Of a stretch of 64,000 bases of DNA, positions 36,991-50,527 are shown piece by piece. Source of the DNA: Octopus vulgaris (lineage: Eukaryota); the NCBI GenBank assembly GCA_951406725.2, contig OX597836.1:22320001-22384000 (forward strand), in the 5' to 3' direction. The first letter of the stretch is position 1; the number at the start of each line of letters is the position of its first letter. The position numbers were made by a program, and so were the translations under genes. The notes beneath the pieces are model-generated. The model ran no database searches, had not been told where the DNA came from, and saw only the letters and a list, made by a program, of their open reading frames with translations.

Positions 36991-37934
36991 ATTTGATAGG
37001 TAATCTGAATGCTACAGGGTTAAAATATTTAAACCCATCTGATTTGTCTGGATTTTGGAAAGGAGTGTGTGTGTGTGTGTGTGTGGTGGGACAACTTTTC
37101 CATCCTAACAGCTACCCCTTCCCATGAAAGACAGACCAACAATCTCTATCCATTCTTAGTTCACTGCATTTACAATGGTGAGGGGTTTAAGGGAAGAGTT
37201 GTACAACTCAGGTGTAACAAATATCAAGAAGGATTTTTGTTCTGAGGTGATGATAATGGCAATAGTGGTGGTAGTGGTGGTGATGGTGGTGTTGAAAGCA
37301 GTGGTAATGACAATGATAACGATGGTGATGATGTTGAATTGACAATTATTGCAAAACAAAAAAAGACAAAAAAGAAAACAAATCCATATATGGAAGTCGA
37401 TTTGTGGCAACATTTGTTTTTTTGCATTTTTTTTTTCTTAATTCTTGTTTCATTGTTTTATCTCCACTGCAACAACCATCACCACCTTGTTTTTTTTTTT
37501 AGATATATATTTTACATAATGAAGCAAAGCCAATTATGTTTCAACCATCAAAATAACCAACCAAAAACAAAAACAAAAACAAAGAAACTAAATTTAAATA
37601 AATTCCATTCTATTAGCCTCTTCTTATGTTAAAAATCTGGTCGGTTATGCATAATTAATTTCACTAATTATTCATAAAAACTGTTTTCCTGGCCTTGCAA
37701 TGATATGGCTCTTGTTTATCTACTTTCTCCTTATTACCATAAATCTATTTCTATTTAGATACAATACCAGTAAATCCAAGTCGGAGTTTATCTTATTTTG
37801 TTTTGTTAAAGTTGTTTAACTATTTTTTTGTGGTGGCAGGGGGAAAAAGTTCTTGGATAGAAAAACAATAAATAATCTTTGAAAACTAGGAATTAAATGT
37901 TTATGGAGTGAAGTTTTATAGCGCTGTGTATGTA

Positions 37935-38086
37935 TGTGTGTGGTGGGGGGTTACTGTTTGGGTTATAAAATAACACTAGACTGTGTGTGTGTGGGGGGGA
38001 GGTTTACTGTTTGGGTTATGAAATAACACTAGACTGTGTGTGTGGGGGGGGAGGTTTACTGTTTGGGTTATGAAATAACACTAGAC

Positions 38087-38090
<4 letters not shown>
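37935..38090. repeat. Three tandem copies of a ~52-54-bp unit
   Basis: TTACTGTTTGGGTTAT(A/G)AAATAACACTAGACTGTGTG..GGGGGG x3. Confidence 0.9.
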
Positions 38091-38117
<27 letters not shown>

Positions 38118-38644
38118 ATGCATTTTGTGTAGTGTGTGATGATGTGTGAGAGTGAATGAGCAAGTGTGAGTGAGTAGATAGTATGAGTGAAAGAAGAGCA
38201 AGTGTGAGTGAGCAAGGAAATGAGCAAGTATGGGTAAAGGAATGAGTGAGTGTGAGTGAGTGAATGAGTAAGAGTGACAGAAAATGAGTGTGTAGGTAAT
38301 GCACATCCTGTGAAGGCATACAGTGTCATCGCATGGGCATCTGGCTCAACAACCCGTACATCAGAGGTTCAAGTCTCACACTGGACAAGCTGTTGTTTTT
38401 CTTGAGCAAGACATTCATTTTCCATTGCTGTAGATCACAGTGGCAGAGGGAAGGGGCATAACCCCTACAATAGGCTGGGGCCCAATTAGAGAGAGAGAGA
38501 GAGAGAGAGAGACTTGTACTTTCAGGCACTTAGACACTGCAGAAACCAAGACACCCAGCCAAATGGACCTGCATAGCTCAGAACCGACTTTAATTGCATG
38601 AGGATCCTGCAACATCACACTTTCAATTAGGTCCTTGCCTAAGA

Positions 38645-38875
38645 TGGCAAGCTGGCAGAAATATTAGCATGCTGGGCGAAATGCCAAGTGGTATTTCATC
38701 TGCCGTTACATTCTGAGTTCAAATTCCACCAAGGTCGACTTTGCCTTTCATCCTTTCAGGGTTGATTAAATAAGTACCAGTTAATCACAGGGGTTGATAT
38801 AATCGACTTAATCCCATTGTCTGTCCCTGTTTGTCGCCTCTATGTTTAGCCCCCTGTGGGTAATAAAGAAATAAA
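38645..38875 (+). mobile_element. SINE family B
   Basis: Consensus match. Other B or B-variant copies at about 6732-6900, 11682-11795, 12772-13166 (two), 33968-34155, 57405-57565 and 63865-63990. Confidence 0.88.
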
Positions 38876-39314
38876 AATTAATGTCCTTGCTTCTTTTTCT
38901 TATGAAAGCAGTAGTCTGTGGATTTTAAGGTAATTTAGCTGCTATTTCTAGCAGTGGCTGACTCCCTTGTTACCAAATACACTAACAATACTTATAAATA
39001 TATTTATTTTACAAGGTTTCAATCTCGAGTCAGTTTTGTCAGGTTTCTATCATATTAATGTCACGCTACTCTGAGGAGATAAAACAGCTTATAACTAGTT
39101 AAACAGATTAAAGAATCTTTTGCAAGAGAAAAAAAAATTACTAGATATATTTGAATATAAAACAAGCCACAAAAAATAGATCTTTGAAATATTATTATTA
39201 TCATCATAATCATCATCGTTAGGTATTATTATTACTATCATAATTATCATTACTACAACTACTACCATCTTCAGATATTATTATCATCAACATTACTATT
39301 GCTGCTCCTCCAAC

Positions 39315-39346
<32 letters not shown>

Positions 39347-39595
39347 GTTATTTCCTTTAGGTTTTAAACAGTTTTATAGCTTTACTTTCGTGTTTCATTC
39401 TCTATTAATTATTTCATAATCTTGTTTATAAATCATAGCCATCACTTATGATTAGCTCTTAGACATGAAAGTGATTTGGATTCTAAGATCTTGCGTGCTT
39501 TGTGTAGTATAGCTAGTGGGTTATATTTTACACACACACATGTTGATATAGGAAATGATAGGTTTAGAGATGGAAAAATAGATTGTATAGTTTAA

Positions 39596-39836
39596 CCCTT
39601 TTGTTACCAACCTGGCTGAAACCAGCTCTGGCTCTCAGTACAAATGTCTTGTTTTCATAAGTTTTGAATTAAAATCTTCCACCAAACCCTAGTCATAGCT
39701 TTGAGATTTCAGTGATGTGAGTGTTTATTTTTAAAATGGCATTGTAGGGTAGGTGTGAGAGGCCATATTTGGTCAGTTTGTCAATGAAACAGGAAGAATA
39801 TTTTGGTCAGATGTGGCTGGTTTAAATGCTAAAGGG
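39596..39836. mobile_element. Chimeric TTAA MITE (family 1 end plus family 2 end)
   Basis: 39596-39695 is the reverse complement of the family 1 right end; 39696-39836 is the reverse complement of the family 2 left part. Confidence 0.75.
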
Positions 39837-39950
39837 CTAAAGGCATTCAAGAACCAGGTGGTGATGTTAAAATTCAAAGGTGGGTTAAGTCTCCCACCAA
39901 AGTGGACCATAGCAGGATTTGAACCAACAATGTAATAAGAGAATGGTTAA

Positions 39951-40170
39951 CCCATTAGCATCTAAACTGACCATATCCGATGAAAAGATTGTACCTGTTC
40001 TATGTTCACACTGATCAAATCCAGCCTTTTCAACCTCCCCTACAATGTCATTCTAAAAATAAACAATCACATCTTTAAAATTTCAAAGCTATAAGATAAC
40101 TCATGATTAATTCAAAACTCTGTGAATAAATAAGAATTATATTTGACTGAGTAATCAGAATACTAAAAGG
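39951..40170. mobile_element. piggyBac-type MITE family 2
   Basis: TTAA CCCATTAGCAT ... ATACTAAAAGG TTAA; inverted copy at 44351-44558. Confidence 0.85.
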
Positions 40171-40934
40171 TTAAGGAATATAGTGAGAGTAAGGGTAAAT
40201 CACAGAGAAAGTGGAGGTTTTTTTGTTTTTTTTCTTTTGCTTTTTTCTTAACCCCAGGTTTGGCTTTGGTTCCAAGCTGACCTCTGATCATCAAAGACAT
40301 GTAAACTACAACCATGCTCTTTCCACTCCCATCCCCACCCAACTTGGTATTGTGTACCTGGAATTATAATACCTAATGAGCCTCCTTTTTGGAAGATGAA
40401 AGGGTGTGGCTTGAGGATGGATTCAAGCAAGTCAAGCAGGCATGCAGCAGTTCCTAAATTGGTTCAAAGAATGGTAAACTGGATGATGTAAATAGAGGAG
40501 AAAAGAGGAAGGAAAAAGAAGAAGGGAACAAAGTCTTGCAGCAAAGATGGGGGCAGATGCTAATGCTAATAATAATAATAATAATGCTTTATTTACCCTT
40601 AAGAGTTCACAAAAAAGCATAGGGGAATGGTACAGGACAATACAATGTGGGGGGTTACATAAATAGATAAGAAGATCTTAGCATTTAAATGCATAACAGA
40701 GATAAGATGAAAGCAGTTAGGTAGGTAGGTAGGTATGATGAAGAACAACAACCAAAAGAATGGTAAATATAGAAAAATAATTTTTAAAATAGAGGTAAAA
40801 ATGAAAAAAAAGGAATGCAAGAAAAAAGAAGTTAAAGAATTGGAAAATAAGAGTCTGTAGCAAGCGAGACAAGACAAAATATATATCTATATATATATAT
40901 GTGTGTGTGTGTGGTGAGGAGGGGTGGATTTCTA

Positions 40935-41110
40935 TTAGTTATGATGATAAGGATTCTGTTGTTTGATCAACTGCATTACCCACTCTTGAATTAGCATATA
41001 AGTGGCTGAGTATTCCACAGACACATGTACCCTTACCCTTAATATAATTCTCAGGTAGGAGCAGTCTAACGCAATGTGTGACATGGCTGTATCTTTTGAA
41101 TTACTGGTAG
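40935..41110 (-). mobile_element. Old SINE remnant, possibly Deu/Nin-domain type
   Basis: AAGTGGCTGAGTATTCCACAGACACATGTACCCTTA resembles a cephalopod SINE body recalled from memory. Confidence 0.4.
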
Positions 41111-41401
41111 AATCCACCTGACAGGCTTCGACATAGTTTCCATCAATCTGATATCACTCACAAAGTGTAAGTCAACTCGAAGATGTAGAAAACGACATTT
41201 ATATTTATGTAAGCAGTCATAGAATGAGATTGAACTTGAAACCTCATAGTTGCAAAATGAACTTCTGAATCATTTGGCCATAGGGCTTCCTTACTCACAC
41301 ACACACACACACATGGATGGACGGAGAGAAAGAATGGTGTTTAAATGTCAGAAATACACAAAGAAAAAGAATGGACACATCACACACCCACACATACAGA
41401 G

Positions 41402-41443
<42 letters not shown>

Positions 41444-41599
41444 ATATATACACACACACACACACATTGAAACAGCTGTACATATAAATACAGACAGACA
41501 AAGACACAGTCACACATTCATGGACAATCATAAAAATATAGTTAAACAGTTGTACACAAAGACACGCAATCATGAAGAAGCACACACAGAGTGAAACAT

Positions 41600-41985
41600 G
41601 TACACACTCAGAGACAGCCATTCAGACATACACACACACACACTCAGACACTTGTATGCATAGATGCACACACACACACACAAAAGTCATACATGTACAC
41701 AGTAGTACACATCCACACACATACATAATCATACATTTACACACTCAGAGACAGCCATACAGACACACACACACACACACACACTTGTATGCGTAGACGG
41801 ACACACACAGTCATACATGTACACAGTAGTACACATCCGCACACATACATAATCATACATTTACACACTCAGAGATAGCCATACAGACACACACACACTC
41901 AGACACTTCTATGCATAGAAGGACACACACAAAGTCATACATGTACACAGTAGTACACATCCACACACATACGTAATCATACATA
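41600..41985. repeat. Three tandem copies of a ~125-135-bp CA-rich unit
   Basis: TACACACTCAGAGA(C/T)AGCCAT..AGTCATACATGTACACAGTAGTACACATCC..AATCATACAT x3. Confidence 0.88.
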
Positions 41986-42565
41986 CACACACACACAAAC
42001 AGTCGTACATACACACACACACATGTGCACAGCTGGTGCAATGCAGATTGCTGATGATTATCTCAAAGTAATAAAATCATCTGTCATTGAGTCAATTAGA
42101 TAACAACAACAACAGCAAAATACGAAAATAATGACAAAAATATTAAGGCAACAACAAAAACATTAACTCTACAACAACAACAACAACGAGCATAAGATAT
42201 TAAAACAACAACATTAAAGCAAGCAACTTTATTATAGAAAAATCTCAATAAACAATTTTCAATTTGTCTGGAAAATGTTCCTAGTTGTGATGTTGCTGTC
42301 ATGATAACTGCTGGTGTTGTTGTTGTTATAACTAATTGAAATCGTTGTTGTGGTTGGTGTTGTAGTCCTTTATTTAACTAACTAACCCTAACCTTAATTT
42401 CATCCAATTGGTCAAAAAAGGCATCAACATTACTGGGCTACTGTCTTGTGCCTAAAACTTGAAATCATAACTAGCTTCCTTCGGATATTGGGCTTCACTG
42501 AAGAACACATTGCATTACAAGGAACTAAAGAAGGAATGACAGCACCACCCCAAAAGAGAAACACT

Positions 42566-42692
42566 CCAGCCAAGTGTGTTTTCATGTTAGGGAACAGACA
42601 ATAATCAGATGGGGCCAAATCAGGAGAATAAGGTGAGTGATCACCCAGCTCAAAGCCAATGTCATGCACAGCAGCCACTGAAAGCAAGGACT
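42566..42692 (-). mobile_element. Mariner transposase fragment
   Basis: AAVHDIGFELGDHSPYSPDLAPSDYCLFPNMKTHLAG (YSPDLAPSD motif). Confidence 0.9.
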
Positions 42693-42714
42693 CAGAGTTT
42701 CTGAGACTGGTGGT

Positions 42715-43015
42715 TGTTGTTGTTGTTTGTTCCTTCTCGAGCCATGCCTGGCTCATAAGGGCCGGTTTTCCGGTTTCCTTGGTGTATAGGTTCCCCACCT
42801 GGATGGGACGCTGGTCCGTCGCAGGTGAGCTGCAAGATGCAGGAGGAAAGAGTGAGAGAAAGGTGTGGCGGAAGAGTCAGCAGAAGTTTTGCCATTACCT
42901 TCTGCCAGAGCCGCGTGGAGCTCATAAACACACACATCGTCCAGTCTGAGATTCGAACCCGCGATCCCTCGACCGCAAGTCCACTGCTCTAACCACTAGG
43001 CCATGTGCCTCCACG
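42715..43015 (-). mobile_element. SINE family D
   Basis: Matches 12399-12699; (CAA)n tail; TSD CTGGTGGT (42707-14, 43016-23). Confidence 0.92.
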
Positions 43016-43085
43016 CTGGTGGTACAGAAGGAAGCTTCCTTAAACAAGAGCCCTGGCTTGAATGCTTGCAACAGAGTGGACTCAA

Positions 43086-43190
43086 CTGCTGAAAGTACCC
43101 AAGGGTGCCAGGTAGTGGCTTTAAACAAGACAATGGATGAAACTCTGAGTAACAGGTTTTGTTGAATTTCTGCTGCTTTTAAATAAAGTA
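43086..43190 (+). mobile_element. PLE-type pLTR remnant with degenerate hammerhead
   Basis: CTG-CTGAAAG...GAAAC-TCTGA-GTA-ACAG; its 3' part (AACTC.GAGTAACAGGTTTTGTTGAATTT..AAATAAAGTATAT) recurs at 27751-27800. Confidence 0.5.
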
Positions 43191-44168
43191 TATATGTGTG
43201 TGTGTGTGTGAGTGTATTTCTGTATATGTTAGAGGTTGAGAAACCAACTAATGGATAGTACCTACCCAATATACTGTTGGTAGTAGTGTACCCAATTATT
43301 CATACCCAAGTGCTAATTACTGCATGGCAATCTTGCAGCTGGATGCTATATATGGGTGGGGGTAACAGGTGGTTTACCTTTAATTTATACGACAAATTTG
43401 CTGTATATATACACACACACACACACACGCACATGTAAATATATATTCACCTACATATAAATGCATGTATATAGACACATACATAAAATAACTACATTAA
43501 TACCGTGTGGTAAGAGGTTGCTTGAAAATATGGTAACAAGTTCAGTCCCACTGCATGGCACCTTAGAAAAGTATCTTGTACTATAGCCTCAGGCCAACCA
43601 AAGCCTTGTGAGTGGATCTAGTAGAGGGAAACTGAAAGAAACCTGCTGCATGTGTGTGTGTATATATATATGTATGTATAGAGTGGAACCTTAAAAACAT
43701 TCTGCATACACACACACACACACATTTATATATAAAATGCTTGAGTCTATCTTCAAGTTTGCCTCTTGCCACCTCTTGCCAAACAATGATTTGTTTACAA
43801 CCCCATAACTTAGCAGTCCAGTGTAAGATGCTGACTGAATATGTACCAAGCTTTAAAAATCAGTACTGGGGTCGGGTTGCTCAACTAAAGCCTTCAAGGC
43901 AGCACCCCAGCATGGCCACAAACAAATGAGTAAAAGATAAACGACAAATACATATTACAGAATGTATTGGGTGTTTCTTATGTGGCACCAGCACCGGTGG
44001 AGGTCACTAAGTATCTTGGAAGACAAAAGCCCTTCGACTGGGAGGAGGAGTATTGAGAGAGGTTTTGTACCAGTTGATAACAAGTTAAAAAAGTATAACA
44101 GAGGGACAGAGATAGGTGTCTCACTGAATGGAATACATGGCTACCCCAGTTGGAAGAGAGAGAGAGAA

Positions 44169-44202
<34 letters not shown>

Positions 44203-44350
44203 ACATACATAAATACATACATGCACATATACATATATACAGGGTGGCCACCGAAAAACTGAAGGGTTTGAAAATGTCAAACCTTGTTCATTTTCAATTT
44301 TTTTCTTTTCTTTTTTTTTTGCATGTTATAGAACATCCCTTTGAGATTAA

Positions 44351-44558
44351 CCCTTTAGTGTTCAGGTTATTCTATCAAATGTAATATTAATTTATTCACA
44401 TTGTTTTGAATTAATTATGCGTTATCTCACATCCTTGAGATTTTGATGATGTGATTGTTTAATGTAGGGTAGGTTGTTTAATTGTGGGGTAGGTGTGAGA
44501 GCCTGAATCTGAACATAAAACAGATGGAAAATTTTGGCTGGACATGGCCAGTAAAGGG
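44351..44558. mobile_element. piggyBac-type MITE family 2
   Basis: TTAA CCCTTTA ... TAAAGGG TTAA. Confidence 0.82.
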
Positions 44559-44665
44559 TTAAAATGGCTATGTATGATGTCCAGCAATGAGTAAAACTCA
44601 TTGACTTTTCTATTCCAGTGAAAGATCAATTATTCAGATTCAGAGAAAATATTGGCAACAATATA

Positions 44666-45346
44666 CACATACATATGTATATATTTATAAACATGGAAAC
44701 ACATACATACATACGTATATATTTATAAACATGGAAACACATACATACATACGTATATATGTATAAACATATAAACACATACATACATATGTATATATTT
44801 ATAAACATGGAAACACATACATACATACGTATATATGTATAAACATATAAACACATACATACATACGTATATATTTATAAACATGGAAACACATACATAC
44901 ATACGTATATATTTATAAACATATAAACACATACATACATATGTATATATTTATAAACATGGAAACACATACATACATACGTATATATGTATAAACATAT
45001 AAACACATACATACATACGTATATATTTATAAACATATAAACACATACATACATACGTATATATTTATAAACATGGAAACACATACATACATACGTATAT
45101 ATTTATAAACATGGAAACACATACATACATACGTATATATGTATAAACATATAAACACATACATACATATGTATATATTTATAAACATGTAAACACATAC
45201 ATACATACGTATATATGTATAAACATATAAACACATACATACATATGTATATATTTATAAACATGTAAACACATACATACATACGTATATATTTATAAAC
45301 ATATAAACACATACATACATATGTATATATTTATAAATGTGTAAAC
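44666..45346. repeat. 38-bp minisatellite, ~18 copies
   Basis: Unit ATACATACATA(C/T)GTATATAT(T/G)TATAAACAT(GG/AT/GT)AAACAC. Confidence 0.95.
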
Positions 45347-45910
45347 ATACATATATACATACATACACATACATATTTACAAAAAATGTAAACATGTACA
45401 TATATGCATACATATATATATATATGCATACTTATATACACGCACATATACATATGTATATTTATATACACACTAACTGACAATGAATATGTGTATAAAA
45501 GCTACAAGAAACAGTTTTGTAAATCTAACAATGAAACAAAAAAAAAAAACTACAAAAACTGATTCCGTACAATATTTTAACAACCAATAAAACATGAAAA
45601 TAGACACAAACTAATTTCCGGAAAATTCTTTTTAACATCAATCAATAGAACCAAATTTTTGACAATGTCTATTAAAGAATTTTCACCACCAACACCACCA
45701 TCATCTCTCTCACTATCTTTTGCTTTCTGAGTTCAACACCCCACCCCACCAAGTTAGCACTTTAAGAGGTACCTGCAAATGGTTTCATAATATGAGACAA
45801 CACAGCACGCATACACTGAAGTAATTTCATATGTACACACACACACATATGTGTGTGTATACATATATATATATATATGTATGTGTACATATGTGTGTAT
45901 ATGCATACAA

Positions 45911-45950
<40 letters not shown>

Positions 45951-46311
45951 TTAAGATATATACTCAAATTAGGCAATCAACTTTTTATATATACTCATAC
46001 AGTTATAAATTCGACTTAAATTGCATATATATATATATATATATATACACATAAACACATGTCAACATATATGAAAGTTCTTAAAAAATATAAATATATG
46101 TATATAAATACACATAAAAATATATGTAAATAAAACCCATGTGGGATATATATGGAAAGAAGTGTGAGAAAAAGAACTCATAAAAAGTTTTTCTATACAA
46201 GAAATTAAGAGCAGTTAAGAATTTCAGTGAAGAGATCCACAGAATTCAATGTGTGTTTTTTTAAATCTATAAATGGTATTTAAGATATATAAAACAATTC
46301 GAGGAAATCCA

Positions 46312-46404
46312 CTTTCTTTGGCTGTTTCCAGAGTTCATGTCCTGGTAGAAAAATTAACAGAAATCTTACAAACCATGCGGACAATGTCCCCTTCATCAGG
46401 AAAG
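46312..46404 (-). ncRNA. Degenerate hammerhead motif in a probable PLE pLTR remnant
   Basis: CTTTC-CTGATGA-A-GGGG...CTCT-G-GAAAC-AGCCAAA-GAAAG; stem I is a perfect 5 bp but the NUH triplet is lost. Confidence 0.45.
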
Positions 46405-46519
46405 GTATCCTCATAGAATCATTCTTGACACATTGAATTCTATTTAATTGAAACTCGTAACACATAGTATTACAGCACGTGTACTACAGCAATGCTATGT
46501 ACAGCTTTAATACTGAGAT

Positions 46520-47110
46520 TGAAAGACAGGGGTGAATTAGGCCTCAGCAGAATTTGAACTCAGAATGTAAAGAGGCAAAAGAAATATCAGTAAGCAATTT
46601 GTCTGAAGCTCTAACAATTCTGCCAGCTGACATAATAATAATAATAATAATAATAATAATATTTCTTTCTACTGGAGGCACAAGGCCTCAAATTTTGGGG
46701 GAAGAGATTAAGTTGATCACATCAAACCCCAGTGCATAACTGGTACTTATTTAACTGACCCCAAAAGGATGAAAGGGAAAGTTGACCTTGGTGGAATTTG
46801 AACTCAGGACGTACAGATGGACAAAATACCGCTAAGCATTTTGCCCGGTGTGCTAACGATTCTGCCAGCTCACCACCTTAATAATAATAATAATAATGGT
46901 TTCAATTTTGGCACAGGGCCAGCAAGCTCAGGAGAGTGTGTAAGTGAATTACATTGACCTCAATGCTCAACTGGTACTTATTTTACTGATCATGAAAGGA
47001 TGAAAAGCAAAACTGGTCTTGGAGGAATTTGAACTCAGAACTAAAAGACAGACAAAATGCCATTAAGCATTTTGCCTGGTGTGCTAACAATTCTGCCAGC
47101 TTGCCGCCTT
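46520..47110 (-). mobile_element. Three head-to-tail SINE B variants separated by (AAT)n
   Basis: GAATTTGAACTCAG..TTCTGCCAGCT occurs three times. Confidence 0.85.
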
Positions 47111-47138
47111 ATATAATAATAATAATAACATTAATCGT

Positions 47139-47517
47139 TGCTTCAGATCGTTACCAACGTTGCTTCACTGGCACCTGTGCCGGTGGCACGTGTAAAAAGA
47201 TTCAAGTGAGGTCATTGCCAGTACCGCCTGACTGGCCCCCGTGCTTCAGATTGTTACCAACGTCGCTTCACTGGCACCTGTGCCGGTGGCACGTGTAAAA
47301 AGATTCGAGTGAGGTCATTGCCAGTACCACCTGACTGGCACATAAAAAGCACCCACTACACTCTCGGAGTGGTTGGCGTTAGGAAGGGCATCCAGCTGTG
47401 GAAACTCTGCCAGATCAAGATTGGAGTCTGGTGCAGCCATCTGGTTCGCCAGCCCTCAGTCAAAATCGTCCAACCCATGCTAGCATGGAAAGCGGACGTT
47501 AAACGATGATGATGATG
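47139..47517 (+). mobile_element. RTE 3' UTR fragment with 103-bp tandem duplication
   Basis: TGCTTCAGAT(C/T)GTTACCAACG.. starts at 47139 and 47242; (GAT)n tail. Confidence 0.85.
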
Positions 47518-48344
47518 AGTAAATTTAACAATAACACTAACACTGACAGCAACACTAATAACAATAAGAAGTAAAACAGCAACCATAAGAAAGACAGCAG
47601 TAGTCATTGGTAAATGTCTATCATGGAGCAAGAGAGAAACTCTTCAGTCAGAAGGAGGAAAAGATCCGACCGATTTCCCCAGAAGGAGTAAATGGCGAAG
47701 GGAGGAATGGGGGAAGAGAGAGAGAGAAGGAAGGGAAGAGAGTCTGTGAGCAGAAACTCGACACTTTCAGCAGAATACATTGATTCCGTATCAGAAATGG
47801 TTACTGGCTTTTTGTAGCTTAGGTTCTCATCATCACCAACAACAGCAGCAGCAGCAGCGGTAGTAATAGTAGTAGCAGTAGCACTGAACACACACACAAC
47901 CGTGCATACGCATACATACAAAGGTGCCTATAACCTCATACACACAGAGGCATCTCTGGGAAAACACACACACACACACACATGCATGCATACACAAGAT
48001 TAGTTTCCTGAGACATAAATAATACAACTACAAACACTCACACAGAGGAACATGTTCTAAAAGGAACCTAATCTCATACAAACACACAAGATCCTATACA
48101 TACGTATACACACATATATATACACAGATCAATGTTGAAAATACACAGACCTAAGATGTGTGTGAAGCATAAAAACATCTTTACCCTCCATACACAGAAA
48201 TCTTCGGAGACCATACATACACATACATTTTATATAAAATGCACACAAGCAATATTTATATACAACATCACCTAACAATGCACTTATTTTGTATTAAATA
48301 CCCACATAGAATCTTTGTGATCACATACATATATACATACTATA

Positions 48345-48730
48345 GGCACAAGAGTGGCTGTGTGGTAAGTAGCTTGCTTACCAACCACATGGTTGTGGGT
48401 TCAGTCCCACTGCGTGGCACCTTGGGCAAGTGCCTTTTACTATAGCCTCAAGTTGACCAAAGCCTTGTGAGTGAATTTGGTAGACGGAAACTGAAAGAAG
48501 CTTGTCGTATATATATGTATATGTGTGTATATTTTGTGTATCTGTGTTTGTTCCCCCCACATCGCTTGACAATCGATGCTGGTGTGTTTACATCCCCGTA
48601 ACTTAGCGGTTTGGAAAAAGAGACCGATAGAATAAGTACTAGGCTTCCAAAGAATAAGTCCTGAGGTCGATTTGGTTCGACTAAAGGCGGTGCTCCAGCA
48701 TGGCCGCAGTCAAATGACTGAAGTAAAAGA
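48345..48730 (+). mobile_element. SINE family A, full length
   Basis: Consensus match. Confidence 0.92.
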
Positions 48731-50098
48731 ATACTTTGTATAAAACACATACATACTCATTTTAATCATTGTTTTGACATCTAACTTTCTTTGCTTGCAT
48801 GGGTCAGAGGTTAGAGGCAGATTTTTTTATGACCAATGCCTTTCCTGTCACCAACCCTCACCTGTTTGCAAATAAATTATATTTCCCTATGGCCAGACAT
48901 GTTTTTGTGGAAGATTGGAAATGAGCATCACTGCCTGTATGGCAGTGACACTCAGTCAAACTATCACAGAATGTCAAGACAAGGAGACATAAACACACAG
49001 ACACACACACACAATTATTCTTGTATCTTTTATTTGTTTCAATCATGACACTGTGGCCAAACTGGGGCACTGCCTTGAAGAAATTTAGCCAAATGAATGG
49101 ACCGCAGTACTTATTTTGTTAAAGGGTGGTACTTATTCTATCAGTGTCTTTTGTCAAACTGCTAACTTACAGGGATGTAAACACATCAACACTGGTTGTC
49201 AAGTGGTGGTGGGGGACAAACACAGACACAAATACACATATATGACAGACTTCTTTCAGTTTCTGTTGGTCAAATCCAATGACAAGGCTTGGGTCAGCCA
49301 GGGACTATAGCAAAAGACATTTGCCCAAGGTGCCATGCAGTGGGACTGAACCCGGAACCATGTGATTGGGAAGTATATACAACAGGCTTCTTTCAGTTTT
49401 AATCTACCACAATCCACTAACAAGGATTTGGGCAGTGTACGGATGCAGTAGAAGACACTTGCCTGAGGTGCCAGGCAGTGGGACTGAACCCAAACCGCGA
49501 CATTATGAAGTAAATTTATCAACCAATGCCTTCGTCTAATTTGCATAAAACACACACACCTACGCACACACACACACAGAAAACCTCTGTAAGCACACAG
49601 TCACCCACGAATGGTCTGAAACAACCCCAATGAAACACACCCAGAAAATTATTACTTTAACCTTTCGTGACCATATTCCTCATGAAATTCCCAGAGTATT
49701 AATGCTTCAATTAGTTTTTAAGATAATTAAGAATTTAGGAAGTTTTAATACAATAACTTTTTTCATTAACGAGCTAACATTTGGAACCTTAATTAACAAA
49801 ACGTCCTTATGCAAAATTACAGTGGAAAGGTTTTAAATTTAAATATAAACACTTTAAAACAGGGAGGTCTTGTATGATGGAGCCGGAGGTGGTGGTCAAG
49901 GGTGGGCTGGTGCCAAAAGAGTTAAAACATAATCAGGAGATTACGCAAACACACAGGCTTACGTTATTGAAAATGTGAAAGTATCAAATGCATACAAAAA
50001 CACACCCATCCACACAGACTATTTGTCAAATACAAACTTCACATTCATACAGACAACAAATGAATGCAGGAGTGTGCATGTATGTGTGTAATGTACTC

Positions 50099-50317
50099 TC
50101 TCTTTTACTCTTTTTACTCTTTTACTTGTTTCAGTCATTTGACTGCGGCCATGCTGGAGCACCGCCTTTAGTCGAGCAAATCGACCCCGGGACTTATTCT
50201 TTGTAAGCCCAGTACTTATTCTATCGGTCTCTTTTGCCGAACTGCTAAGTGACGGGGACGTAAACACACCAGCATCGGTTGTCAAGCAATGCTAGGGAGA
50301 CAAACACAGGCACACAA

Positions 50318-50362
<45 letters not shown>

Positions 50363-50527
50363 TACGACAGGCTTCTTTCAGTTTCCGTCTACCAAATCCA
50401 CTCACAAGGCATTGGTTGGCCCGGGGCTATAGCAGATGACACTTGCCCAAGGTGCCATGCAGTGGGACTGAACCCGGAACCATGTGGTTGGTAAGCAAGC
50501 CACTTACCGCACAGCCACTCCTGCGCC
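50099..50527 (-). mobile_element. SINE family A, full length
   Basis: Consensus match. Confidence 0.93.

Noticed and set aside
44240-44290. Tc1-like terminus TA-CAGGGTGGCCACC
   Set aside because: No matching opposite TIR found, so it is too short to call.
44666-45346. CRISPR-like regular repeat
   Set aside because: Eukaryotic DNA, and the units are contiguous with no unique spacers, so it is a minisatellite.
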